Below are positions 1 through 10,925 of a stretch of DNA of 64,000 nucleotides, in pieces (position 1 is the stretch's first letter; every line of letters begins with the position of its first letter). The notes beneath the pieces were generated by a model that was not told the origin of the DNA, did no database searches, and saw only the letters and a list, made by a program, of their open reading frames with translations. Made by a program: the position numbers and the translations under genes. The stretch lies in the NCBI GenBank assembly GCA_039545335.1, contig BCIN01000004.1, forward strand, positions 362,925-426,924, written 5' to 3'. This stretch comes from Kondoa subrosea. Lineage: Eukaryota.

Positions 1-208
1 TAAGAAATATGCTTTGATTGCTGCAACACACTCTGGTGCTTGGTACAAGCTCGCAGCGTTCGAAGCGGAAGATCAGCAAGACGATACCGTCAAAGCCAAA
101 GAGAAAGCACGAGCGAAAGAGCAAGACGCAGAAGGTGGATTTGGAGCATTTGGAAGATGTCGATTGATACAGCATAAGCGATTTGAGCATCGAGACGACG
201 ATTGGTAG
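1..208 (+). CDS. 3' end of a gene, probably a PROPPIN (Atg18/Hsv2/WIPI-type) WD40 protein; partial
   Basis: Frame open from the window start: KKYALIAATHSGAWYKLAAF...GGFGAFGRCRLIQHKRF...*. Resembles the last blade and G-x-C-x-L tail of Hsv2/Atg18 proteins. Only 68 codons are visible. Confidence 0.45.
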   Translation, partial: KKYALIAATHSGAWYKLAAFEAEDQQDDTVKAKEKARAKEQDAEGGFGAFGRCRLIQHKRFEHRDDDW

Positions 209-259
209 TATTCCCTTGCATATTTGCGCTCCAGTAATCTTTCATTGTATATGTTCTGT

Positions 260-1776
260 TCATTGTATTCCCTCTTGTGCAGCGTCTGTAGCAAAGCGGA
301 CTTGTTTGGTACTTAATGCTCGCTGGGCTTCTTGATTCCCTTCAGCGGCCAATCGCATCAAATGATCTTGCGCAGCTTGTTCCTGCTGTACTATTGGGTG
401 TCGATCCACATACGGTGCAGGTGCTCGGTGTTGCTGACTTTGAGCTTGAAGCTGATTGGTAATCCGGTCTTGCCCTCTTTGAGCTTCTTCTGCTTCTCGA
501 ATGACTTGTATAATCTTATCCTGACCGCCATTACTGCAGCCGCGTATAAGCCTGAAAATTCATACAGCAGTAAATAAATACTCACGCATTCTGATAATCT
601 GCCCAAGCTTTCCAAGCTGGATCGGCCAGAAAATGAGGTGGAAGTTGCACAGGTGGCCTGAAAGTAGTAGACGGAAGACCGAAAGCTGGATTTGGCCGGG
701 TCGTAGGCATTTGACGTAATCTAGGTCGAGTATTCGGGTTGATGATTGGTCGATCATCTAGCGGGACTTCGACAGGTGATGTTGGATTCGGCCTAGGCGA
801 TGGAATGATTTCATCGGCTTCGGCAGCCTGCTGAGGATGAGGTATGATTGCAAGGATAGACTGAACGACATCTTGAAATCCATGATCGCGTTCTTTTTGC
901 AGACGTGCTCTGTCAAATGGTCATGAGCGGGTGCAGTTCTTGTAGGCAAGATACTTACCTCAAATCCATCAATATGCGACCGGCATGATTTTGCCCGTAC
1001 TGATGTATTTCAGGTCTTCCAATACACCAAAAAGCATCATCAGGATCAGATGCATCCCAAAGTTGTAGATCCCCAGTCGCAAGGAGCAACTCGACCAGAG
1101 GCGGATAGAAGGCGAGTTTCACGGCCATGATTCCTTTTCTAATCCTTAAGCTTACGGCGAGATGAACATGACGGAAAGACGTACCTCGCATTATCTCTAG
1201 AGTTTTCTCTTCACTCCAGACTGAACGTTGATACTCTGAGTAAATCTCGCCAACCAATTTGGCATCGTGACCCGTCGAAGCGGACAGGATGAGGTTGAAG
1301 ATCTGAGAACTATCCTTCAAGTAAGACAACCTTATCAGTTGTAAAGGATGATCAACTTACTCAGCTACTGGATCCTGAAGGACAATCAGCTTGATGAAGT
1401 GTAAGTTATAGATTGCACTCACATAATGTGCGCATTCCATTAAATGAGCAGCGCTAGGAAAGACATGTGTTCCAAGTGGTAAAGTATGAGCAGAATAGAA
1501 AGTCAAAGCCGATAATTGATTTTGACCATCTGCTCGATCATAGATCAAAAGCGGTAAAGGAGTCTTTTCCGTTGCATTTGCTTCATCCACTATTCGTTCT
1601 TCTTTTTCCTGAGGTGCTTGACTGATTTGTTGTTTTGATCGTTTTAGTTCTGCTAGATTGGATAAAAGTCGAGCTTTGAATGGATCCGATTCAGATCCAT
1701 CTGATCGCCAGCCTTTGGCTCTTGGTTGTGCGTAATGCTTTGCTAATAGACCGAGTTGTTTCCATTTCAGACTCAT
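260..1776 (-). CDS. NADAR/YbiA-family (DUF1768) domain protein with divergent active-site motifs and a Pro/Gln-rich C-terminal extension; about 6 exons; start could be 1887
   Basis: Spliced core: FPSAAHLMECAHY|DPVAD|SQIFNLILSASTGHDAKLVG...WSEEKTLEIMR|GIMAVKLAFYPPLVELLLATGDLQLWDASDPDDAFWCIG...GQNHAGRILMDLR. Matches the NADAR pattern LLxTG..L.E.s..D.fWG.G...G.N.LG.iLM.lR. GT-AG introns restore one frame to TGA at 260. Confidence 0.8.
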
Positions 1777-2299
1777 CAGTGTTCCAGGAGTAATAAAAGC
1801 AAAAGAAAGGCTTTCCGACTGCCAAAGATATGACAGGGCGGTGTTGTTTGCAGGGCAGTGTCGTGAAGCTAAACGATCAGAGCCCATCAAGTGACTGAGC
1901 CGTCTCGAATACGCTCAAGCAGATGTGCAGGACGCTGCAATGGGCAGTGCAGGTGAGGCAGAGAGAAATCTGAATCTTTGCAATGAGAGCAAGACAGAAA
2001 GCGAGGCAGTGATAAGCATCCTTTGGACATATCGACTGAAAGATTCGAGGGGCGAGCTTGAACGTCAGATCGAAACGAAGAAGCAGCGGGAACAGCTTCA
2101 TTGAGAACCCAATCTTGTGAGGGCGTCGACAAATATGGCGATGACTGAAGCAGCGAGATACTGAGAATATACTATAGCCAATGCATCTGGTTCTACAACC
2201 CTTATTCTGCTGTATGCTGCTTATCGGGTGAAGTAGGCGAAACTGATTTGTACCAGTATAAGAAGACGGTATTGCTTGCGCATGATGAGGCACTGACGA

Positions 2300-2764
2300 C
2301 TAGTCCTTTATGCCTGTAGAACAAAGTCAGTCTGAAAGAGGAGACTGTAGCAGTCGAAGCTGACCTCGGGCCATCTCTGAAAGAAACAATGCATTAGTAT
2401 TGTGATAAGCCTGAAAGAATGGAACTGCTACTGACTTGTAGTGCCATACATAGAACCAGCTAGACCGACCGAGAACAGGGTAAGGTAGGCGCCTATAGAA
2501 ACCAAACTTCAAAATCCATCGCCTTTGTTTGACAAGTAGTCAGGCATACGCATGTAAAGGCTTGATCTAGGTAGCTTCTTCCAGACAAAAGCAGGGTTGC
2601 TCTAGAACAAGCAGCTGATCAGCCCTGGCAATGGCCATCTAGCGTTTCATTTCGATTTACTTGAAGTGCCTTTTGACGAGCGATGGTAGGGTTCTCCCCT
2701 GCTTATTGTGCTCAGTAGTGCTTTGTGCAGTATGAATAGGCGTACTGTTGACTAATGCGTCCAT
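2300..2764 (-). CDS. COX7: Cytochrome c oxidase subunit VII (fungal Cox7/COX7a-like), 63 aa, 6 exons
   Basis: Five GT-AG introns join to give MDALVNRENPTIARQKALQSNPAFVWKKLPRSSLYMRAYLTLFSVGLAGSMYGTTKMARGIKD*. The NREN..Q..Q N-terminus, PRS.lY motif and single TM helix are typical. Includes a 12-nt exon at 2365-2376. Not in the ORF track. Confidence 0.85.
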
Positions 2765-2918
2765 TTCAAGAGCGAACGAGTGACTGAAAGGGGAAGAGGG
2801 TTGACATCCAAACACAAATAAGGATCTGCTCTGAAACAGGAATGCGAATGCTATAGTACAAGTCTAACAGTATCGGTAGCCCACATGTATGAGGCAACTA
2901 GGTTCTTCGCCCTTGAGG

Positions 2919-3896
2919 TCAAACAGCAGATACTACTACCTTGTGAGCTTGAACATGCAAATCGTATGCCTTCTTATGCTCTTCGTCTGCATGAAGGTGA
3001 TCTATCCATTCTCGAATAGTATGAAGACGTTGCGGAATCTCAATATCTCTAGCCAGGACTCTACGGCTATTCTAGAATGATCAGCAGTGACACCAAGTGA
3101 AGGCGAAAGCACAAAATCAGCTCACACGATTCTATCAAAGCCACGCTCATCAGATTTCCTACTTTCCTGAATTTCTGCAACGGACGATCCATGTATCAGA
3201 GAACGGCTCTCGCCGAAATCAATAATAACAGGTTCCAGATCATCAACAAGTAATGTGTCAGATGCTTTCCGTCTTCTGACCATCACGTTATCGGGCTTGA
3301 CGTCGCCATGGCAAAGGCCACGCTGGTGAAGCCATAGCAAAGCATGACCCAAATCGCAAACGATGTGACGGCGTCTTATTCTGTGATTGACACCTTTCAG
3401 CCAATTTTCTTCGGAAAGAGCGACTTGCAGGACCTGTACGATGAAATTGGTGAACTCTCAAATTGAACAAAGGAGAGATACTACTCACGAGCCCTTCCAC
3501 ATTCTCCATTCGAATGCCTACAGCCTGATAGACCTTTTTCTTCTCGTCAAAGACGTTCCCATAGACCACCGGAACAGAAGCGTATCTATGACCGGTGTCA
3601 TGATCTAATAAGATACTTCGGGCTAGACGTTGATGCGCGGCTTCTTTGATGTTGCTGGGACGAAGGGGTGGTTTATTCAGAGTCACTTTAAATTTACGCA
3701 GATGTTGAGCATCTGCTTTGTCGGTGTACAACCAAGCAGATTTACCGCCTCTTGCTAATGCAAAATCCAATGCTAGAGGAGTCTGGGTTGGGTGTTCCTC
3801 ATCATATTTCTTGATCAGATTCATCAATGGACGACGTTGTTGCCTCTCTGCTCGGTCGTCGAGAGATTGTCGGACTTTCCGGAAGACAGATGACAT
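2919..3896 (-). CDS. Small divergent protein-kinase-fold protein, 3 exons
   Basis: Gly loop LARGGKSAWLY, beta3 Lys (LRKFK), alphaC Glu (IKEAAHQ), catalytic loop HGDVKPDN, and IIDFGES. Introns near 3440-3490 and 3070-3125. No APE motif; short C-lobe. The last exon is less certain. Confidence 0.75.
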
Positions 3897-4362
3897 CGTA
3901 AATGTCTCGTAGGAGAAGGTCGTCAGTTCTGGAAGACAGCGATAGTAGGAGTTCCGAAACAGGGAAACAAACCAATTGACGCTAATAGATGAAGAGAGAG
4001 AGAGCAATTGATATTGTAGAAGCAAGAAAGTCGAGAAATCATCTGCAAGGCTAACAAAGGGGTTCGAATAGTCGTTGATTCATCACAGAACATAACAGCT
4101 CATGGATGCGAAATTAGTCTCCTCTGCTGCTCCTCTGCTTTCGGGTAGGCCAGTTCCAGTTCGATATGGTCGAAGAAGCCGAATTCCGACTGTAAGCAAT
4201 GTACGCGATGGCACAAGGGCCTCAAACTGAGATAGATAGTCCAGCGCAGCCCCTCTTCAGTCAAGATAAGCAGAAAGCAATGGTTTGAGACAAAGGAGTG
4301 CATTTTGTTTGACAACCGACCGCCTCTTGCTCCGCTACGATAACATATACCTTAACAGACAG

Positions 4363-5648
4363 ATGGCAGCAAACGCAAGAACTAGAGCTGCCCCTTCATC
4401 GTTCAAACTGGTTCTGCTAGGTAAGGCGGGAGGCTGTCCATTTCTCTATCAAATCTCGGGTCTTTGTTTGGTCTCCTCTCTTTCGTTGCTCTGCTGCTGC
4501 TTCTATATCGATGATCTGAAAGATCTACGGGCAGCCTTGCAAGCGGCCCTGAAATACCAGACACGAGTTCACCAAGCAATTCGTCAGTCTGGCGCTCAAG
4601 TCGAAATCGCTATCGGCATTTGGCTATAGATCATCTATCTTCTGTTAGAAAGTGTTCATATAATAGGACTGTAACTGACACAATTGCTATATCTAACAGG
4701 CGAATCCGCAGTCGGAAAGAGCAGCATAGTCCTTCGGTATGTCTTCCCACTTTGGCGATTGACAGGACAGCTAACGAATGACACAGATTCGTACGGAATG
4801 ACTTCGACGGTTCGCATGACAATGTTTTCTGCTCGTATGGCGAGCTGATAACGATTGTCGGTGGGAACAGATTATAGAGAGAGCACAATAGGAGCAGCGT
4901 TTCTGTCGCAAACCGTTTCCCTAGAAGATGAGAGGCTTATTAAGTTTGAGGTCAGTCATTTTTTCTGCTGTCTGCGATCTGGTCGCCTATCTGACAGGTA
5001 AAAATGTTGACAGATTTGGGATACTGCGGGACAAGAACGATATAAGAGTTTGGCACCTATGTACTATCGGTCAGCAAGGTCAGTCGAAGATGTCATTATT
5101 GCTGTCGTGCGATCGTAAAACATCTGGCGGACAGAGTCGCTGTAGTTGCATATGATATAACTAGTTCTGTTTGTCTATGCATGTGCCACTCATCCGCAGA
5201 AAGCTGACGAACTTGTAGGCATCGCTGGAGAAGGCAAAGACTTGGATCAGGGAATTACAACGTCAAGCAGATCCCAACATCAGTGCGTTGCTGTTCTACT
5301 CTCTGGCGTTCTGTATACTCATTTTCGATGTTACAGTCATTGCTCTAGCAGGTAATAAAGCAGATCTAACGGAACGGAGGGAAGTAACTCAAGAAGCTGC
5401 CAAACAATACGCGGACGAAGAGAATGCGTTATTCTTTGAAACTTCAGCAAAGACAGGAGAGGGTGTGACAGAGATGTTTGAAGCTATCGGTACGTTTCTC
5501 GGATGTCATTCCGTCAAATATGGTACTCATTCATGGCAAACGTACAGCGAGGAAATTGGCTACTATGATGCCTGATGAACCTAAGCCTGCAAGAAACGGC
5601 GTCAATCTCAATCAACAGAAATCAGCCGTGGAAGGATGTGCTTGCTAG
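4363..5648 (+). CDS. RAB5: Rab5-family GTPase (Ypt52/Ypt5-like), about 9 exons
   Basis: [54 protein letters not shown] and a C-terminal CAC* (CXC prenylation), assembled over GT-AG introns. Confidence 0.95.
4510..4635 (+). other. Putative structured RNA element inside the 279-nt first intron of Rab5
   Basis: GATGATCT (4510-4517) pairs with AGATCATC (4628-4635). Internal hairpin: CCAGAC/GTCTGG (4557-4562/4587-4592) plus ACGAGTT/AATTCGT (4563-4569/4578-4584). Also GGGC/GCCC (4529-4549). Confidence 0.35.
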
Positions 5649-6090
5649 TCGGCCTATGAGAGCAAGTGGAAGGCGTCTCTCATCTTGTACAGTATCGGAT
5701 TTCAGTGGACTCTTTTTCTCTAGTATACTTCAAGTCTTCTAGTGTCTCAAGCAATAGGATCATACGTAATATCACAGCCGTGTGCATGCATGAAAGTGAC
5801 TTGGCACCTTGTGGCATTTGCATGTCATGGCATTCAATTTTGCGCTTTCACGCGTTTGTCCCAAAACAAGCAACAGACCAAATCCAGCTGACTTTGGCCG
5901 ATACCTGAGTGTAAATACCTGTGCTATCACTCACTGTACCCCGCCTTTGCTTTGAACTGCTCTTGTCATTCTTCTCTGGCTTCTCTCGGCCTAACTTAAG
6001 TACTGCTTGGTCACCTGTTTTCATACGCGTCGACGTACTGTTTCTGCCCTCTATATCGAAACCAAGAGCTTCAGGAATCTTGGCTTCACG

Positions 6091-6932
6091 ATGGACTTGA
6101 GTATTAGCGAACTCAACAAGAAGATGCGTTTATGTGGATATTGCACAAGTTCGAGGGAGATGCAGGCAGAATGTTCAAGAAATGTGGGAAATGTACTTGT
6201 ATGTCGATTTATTCTCATCTCGAACGAGCTGGCTTGATATGATTGTCACGCAGTCATTCGCTACTGTGTATGTTTTCAATTTCCCCTGTTCAGCTGATAG
6301 CTATCATTGAATTCCCGAGACAGTCTGTAGAGTGTCAACGTCAAGACTGGCCATTGCACAAGACGACTTGTCACTTGAATGTAGCTCAAACTGAATACGC
6401 TGAAAATTGCGCAACTCTTTCTGGCGATATTTCAGCTGCGGAATTGTCAAACATCGTTCGAAAATGGAGTATGGCTTATCGTCTTCAAATTTATGCAGCA
6501 ACTATTCAGCAGCTTGGCTTGGATTTTTGGACTGGCGAAGAAACGAAAAAGACGGAACAAGTACTAGAAATTGAACTCGTTGTTCGATCAGGCGCGAATC
6601 TGGATGACTGTAAATCAGCTTTTCGCATCCAATCAGCTTCCGTCACGCCTTTATCGGGAATGTATTCTACAAGACCTCAGATGATGGAGTTCGTCGATGC
6701 TTGTCGAACAACGGATCTCTCAAAAAGAGCGATGACTGGACATGTGGCTACCGTCTTCACTCTTCTGCACTGTCAAAACATATACCGTCTAATGCCTCTG
6801 ATGATCACAAACCGTAACATCACCGACAATATCGAGACATGGAGAAACGCTCCGGAAGGCATGCAGCCCCGTAACAATGTCGATGAGCTCAAGGAACTCT
6901 CAATGGCCGTGCTGAGAGGCAAAGGGCTGTAG
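6091..6932 (+). pseudogene. MYND zinc-finger protein with an apparent 1-nt frameshift in exon 1 (pseudogene allele or sequence error)
   Basis: CGYC is in the ATG-6091 frame, but KKCGKCT|FIRYC|SVECQRQDWPLHKTTC is in a shifted frame starting at ...TGCACAAG... (6142-6149). The downstream exon is open to 6932. Confidence 0.7.
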
Positions 6933-7181
6933 ATTCAGTGAATTTGGTACTCCTATTTTCCACTATCTAGAATGCTGATATTGGTCTTTCTAGGGAACGC
7001 AGACAACGGACAAGTCCAGCCATAGCTAGCACCGAATTTCGGCAAAGGCTCGTGACCGAGCTCGCAAGACGGATTTATCTCGGACGTATAAAGGCAATTT
7101 ACTTTCGTTGATGGCTTTCTCTTCTCTTCTCCTCCCGTTATCAAGCTCGATTTCTTCATATCTCCTTATCGTTGAACAACA

Positions 7182-7845
7182 ATGAACTATTCTCAGTCTT
7201 ATCATTATGATGCGAATGGCCGTGTCGTCCTTGGCCAATCGGCTTATGGTACTATTGCTCCATATCAACAGCCAACTCCAGCACCTCCCTATGCTCAGCA
7301 ACACGGTCCATCTGCTCCTTATATGTCACAAGCTTATCATGTAACTCATCCTGCTCCTCCTACTCCTTCGCTGCCATATGGCAATTTCCATTCTGGACCG
7401 AACAATCAGTCTACTCCGGCTAACCAGACAATGCAACAGAATTGCTACTCCGCACGCACCGTAACGGATTTAAATGAGAAATATGTCAGTTTGAGCATTG
7501 CTACTGCTGCTGATGATAGGATTATATGCTGAACAATTTCGTTAATAGTATAAATCACAATATAGCGAGCAAACGAAATCTTATAAAGTCAAGGAAACAT
7601 CATCTGAGGCCGAACAGCGCGAGGCGAAAAAGGAAGCAGCAGCTTACGCTCGTCCCGCAGCAGGTAAAGAACGCGAAGCACAGCAAGTTCGGGAGAATAA
7701 GCAATATCAAAGGAATCAAGAGTTGGAAGAGACCCAGGCGCGTGAGAAGGCCCTCGATGACAAATGGTTGAAGGAGCAGAACAGTCAGCCGCTTGTGCGA
7801 AAGGCTAAGAAGGAATCTCGGGGCAAAAGATTGCCGGCACCTTGA
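7182..7845 (+). CDS. Hypothetical protein: Tyr/Gln/Pro-rich low-complexity N-half and charged helical C-half; 2 exons
   Basis: ATG 7182; intron GTCAGT...TAATAG (about 7485-7548) joins to YKSQYSEQ...KRLPAP* ending at 7845. Confidence 0.6.
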
Positions 7846-8066
7846 GGCTGATTTGCACAGTACTGTAGACCAAGGCTAGAAGCCCCAATTGAATATGGCC
7901 TTTGTACTACGTGTCTGCTGAAACTATATGATACTACAAGGATCGAATGAACACCACATCTATATCTTATGTAATCAGCAACTCTCCCTTGCAAGCCTTT
8001 CGCGTGCCGAACGATCATGCAGCTCAGAATGCTGAGGAAGCGCTTGCACAGCGAGCATCAATATAC

Positions 8067-8886
8067 ATGACTCGCTATTTGATCTTTTGCAATCCTCCTT
8101 CTGCTCAATCGCTTTATTCGGATTGGAATGCCAAACCTGTCGAATGGAAGGTCGTGACCTCAGAAGATGCCTCGCTAGCTGAAGCCGAAGCTCTGGAAGA
8201 TTCCTATGAGCTCTCTTTTGCCCATGAAAGCCTCAAGCAGCAAGAGGAAGACATGTTCTTGCCAGCACCTTCGCAAGCAATGAATGAAACTTCTGCTCTC
8301 AATGAAGCATCTTACGCCTCAGATGGAGTCTCAGCTGCAGCCAATCTACCAAATTATCAATTCGAAGTTTCTCGCTTGAGTCCGCTTGGGCAATGCGCAA
8401 ACCTTTTTCAGCTAGCTAGAGATTCTGGTGAACCTGGACCGAAACATGTCTATGTAATCGGATTCGTGTCACAAGTTGATGCAAAGGAGTTGCAGATCAA
8501 AGGAAGAAGCAAGACTCTGGTGGAAATACATTTGGGTGATGAGACAGGAAGCTTTGTGGTTACGGCTTGGGATGCGAAGGCGGACAGTTTGAATAGGGAA
8601 ATCAGAATCGGAGATGTACTGTATCTTTCCGGTGAGTAATTTGCCTAAGGAGTTGACACAGCTAAGTTCGTAACCAGACATTGCACTTTCTTTCAACGCG
8701 CACAGGAAGTCTATCATTGGTACCCTCACTTACTCATCCAAGTATCAAATATGCTGGCGGACAAAGAAAGAAAATGCGGAAGATGATCGCTATCGACCTG
8801 ATTTGCGACTTCCCGTACTTTACAAGCATTCACCTTCTACGCATGTACAAGGCATACTGGATTTTGCTCAGAAGTGGCTTGGTTGA
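8067..8886 (+). CDS. OB-fold nucleic-acid-binding protein, SHLD2/RPA-like OB domain; 2 exons
   Basis: HVYVIGFVSQVD...LVEIHLGDETGSFVVTAWDAKAD...IRIGDVLYLS|DIAL is the RPA-like OB signature (L.D.TG.i.vt.W; GDv). C-terminal ICWRT...EDDRYRPDLRL. Intron about 8632-8677. Confidence 0.75.
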
Positions 8887-9384
8887 TGTAATTGGTTGAT
8901 CATTTGCTTCTTCGCGTTTACCGGAAATTATATGAGCTTTTATGAGGCAAGTGAGTCGCTTGATCATGGAAGTACTTTCACTGATTGTCATTATAGGCGA
9001 ACATTGCTGTCGGCGCTAGGGACCATCACGATGAACATACATGTATGTTGATAGTTTGGTCAAGTCGGCGAGAAAGAAAGGTTTTACCATTGATCCGTCG
9101 AGCATAAGTGCTGCCGGATTAGAAGATCGTCGAAAGCGAAGCCTCAGACTCTATGTGTTTCAGTAATGATCCGCCATTTGTCTTCCATCTGTCTTGAAGC
9201 CGTCTTGCTTGCCGTTCAATGACTTATGGAGGAGGACATTGCTGCTCATCCTGACAGATGAGCTGTATGGGTTTGTTCGTGAACGTCGATGGCCTTCAAT
9301 CCGGACATCCGAATTATTTCCGTTTCTAGGTCTACCTCAATTCGCGTTTCCTCTTGCTCTTTCTCTCATACTTTGATCGCTCTC

Positions 9385-9839
9385 ATGTCGCAACGTTCCT
9401 CCGCTTCCGCTTCTCGTGTTCCAAACGGACAAGTTACTTCCCATCCGAAGGTAGGCTTTTGCGTTATCTTGCGCTGTAAGAGGTCGATCTGACAAGGGCG
9501 CTATTCCAGTTCAACTCCGAGCATAGTGGAAATGCCGCTCAAAGGGTTTCCAGCGTCCCGGACAGCTCAAAGCAAGCGGAAAGAAATGTCGCAGAAGAAA
9601 TAAGAGCAAAACAAAGGATGGCATGGCAGAACATGAGTGACGAAGAAGCGCGCAGAGAAACCAATCGCGTTGGTTCGAATGAACAAATGCAGCGCTTAGC
9701 ATCCAGAGTAGGCGGTCCAGAGGCCAGAGATCGCATGGCTGCAAAGCAAGAGCGAGAGCGAGAGCAAGCGCAGTTGGAAGTGAGAGAAGACGGAGCTCGA
9801 AGGAAGCATATGATGGTATATAAGCAGCTGAAGTACTGA
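9385..9839 (+). CDS. Small hydrophilic charged hypothetical protein; 2 exons
   Basis: MSQRSSASASRVPNGQVTSHPK, then intron GTAGGC...TTCCAG (9451-9509), then FNSEHSG...MVYKQLKY*. A pyrimidine-rich leader lies upstream. Confidence 0.6.
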
Positions 9840-10925
9840 GACTCGAATGCTCATCTATGTTATAATGAGCGGTGAAAATCCAATAGGCAGCATATATGAA
9901 TGAACAGATCTCTCTTCTCTGGCTCAAACCCTATCTTGCATCCTTAGGCCATCCGCACAGGGTGACCGAGGTCTGATGTGAAAGCGGACTGACTGCACAT
10001 GGAGAAAGACACGAAATATACAAGAAACATTGGTCAATCATTGGACTGATGCATGGTCGATACCTTCACTTAAGACACCGTTCAACTGTATTGTATAGAG
10101 CCAAATCGGAATCAGATAGTCCTAGTCCCAATGTTCGATGAAAGTTGAGAATGGGCAGGAGTTCTCAGAGAACGAGGGGCTTATGTAGCTAGCAACAGAT
10201 AGAGATTGGAAAGAGACTGGATAACAGACGGAAAGCGAAGCACATTGTCCAAAGGCCAATCATAATAAATAGTACAAGCTTCAACAAAGTCAAGGAAGAA
10301 ACCAGTAATTCGAATAACTCTGGAAAGCCCTCATTGTAGTTCTGATCAAATGAGAGACTGGATAGAGACCGAATAATAGACAGGACTGGAGCAAGGTGAA
10401 GGATGAAGCTTTCGACTTGCTTCGCGAAAATTAGGTAAGCAAGCATGTGCTATACATTTCACAGATTTGCCTTCCACTCGAAAAAAATGAAGTGATGCGA
10501 GCCCTCCGAAGAGAGTCGCATCGTTCAAAATATTAAGCAACGCTACCCCCCAAAGGAGAGCAGCCTCTATAAGCCACTACCTGAAGAACCGATACGTGTC
10601 GCTGTGCAATGGATGCGGCTTATAGAGGACAACCACGATGCTTGAGCGCTCGTTGCCATCGCAAGGTAAGTATGAAGAAAAGAACAGGGATGCAAAGATT
10701 TTCGAAGGTCATTCAGTCTGCGGCTCAAGCCGTCCGACAGACTTCGGATCACAGAACCGAGGCCGTTTTGTAAGTTGTCCTTTGCAGAGACTGGCTAGAG
10801 ACTCGTAATAGCAAGAGGTGTTGACAGCAGGCAAAGACTTCTGCAAAGACTTGTATACGGTGGCTTCAACTGGCGTAGAGATACAGTAGAGTGCCAGTGC
10901 TCAAGATTACAATGGACAGACAACA

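Noticed and set aside
2922..2942. GTAGTATCTG on the minus strand resembling the U2 snRNA branch-pairing region
   Set aside because: The flanks do not match U2 and it lies in the probable last exon of the kinase.
4059..4072. GGTTCGAA resembling a tRNA T-loop or B-box
   Set aside because: No T-stem pairing, acceptor stem or A-box around it.
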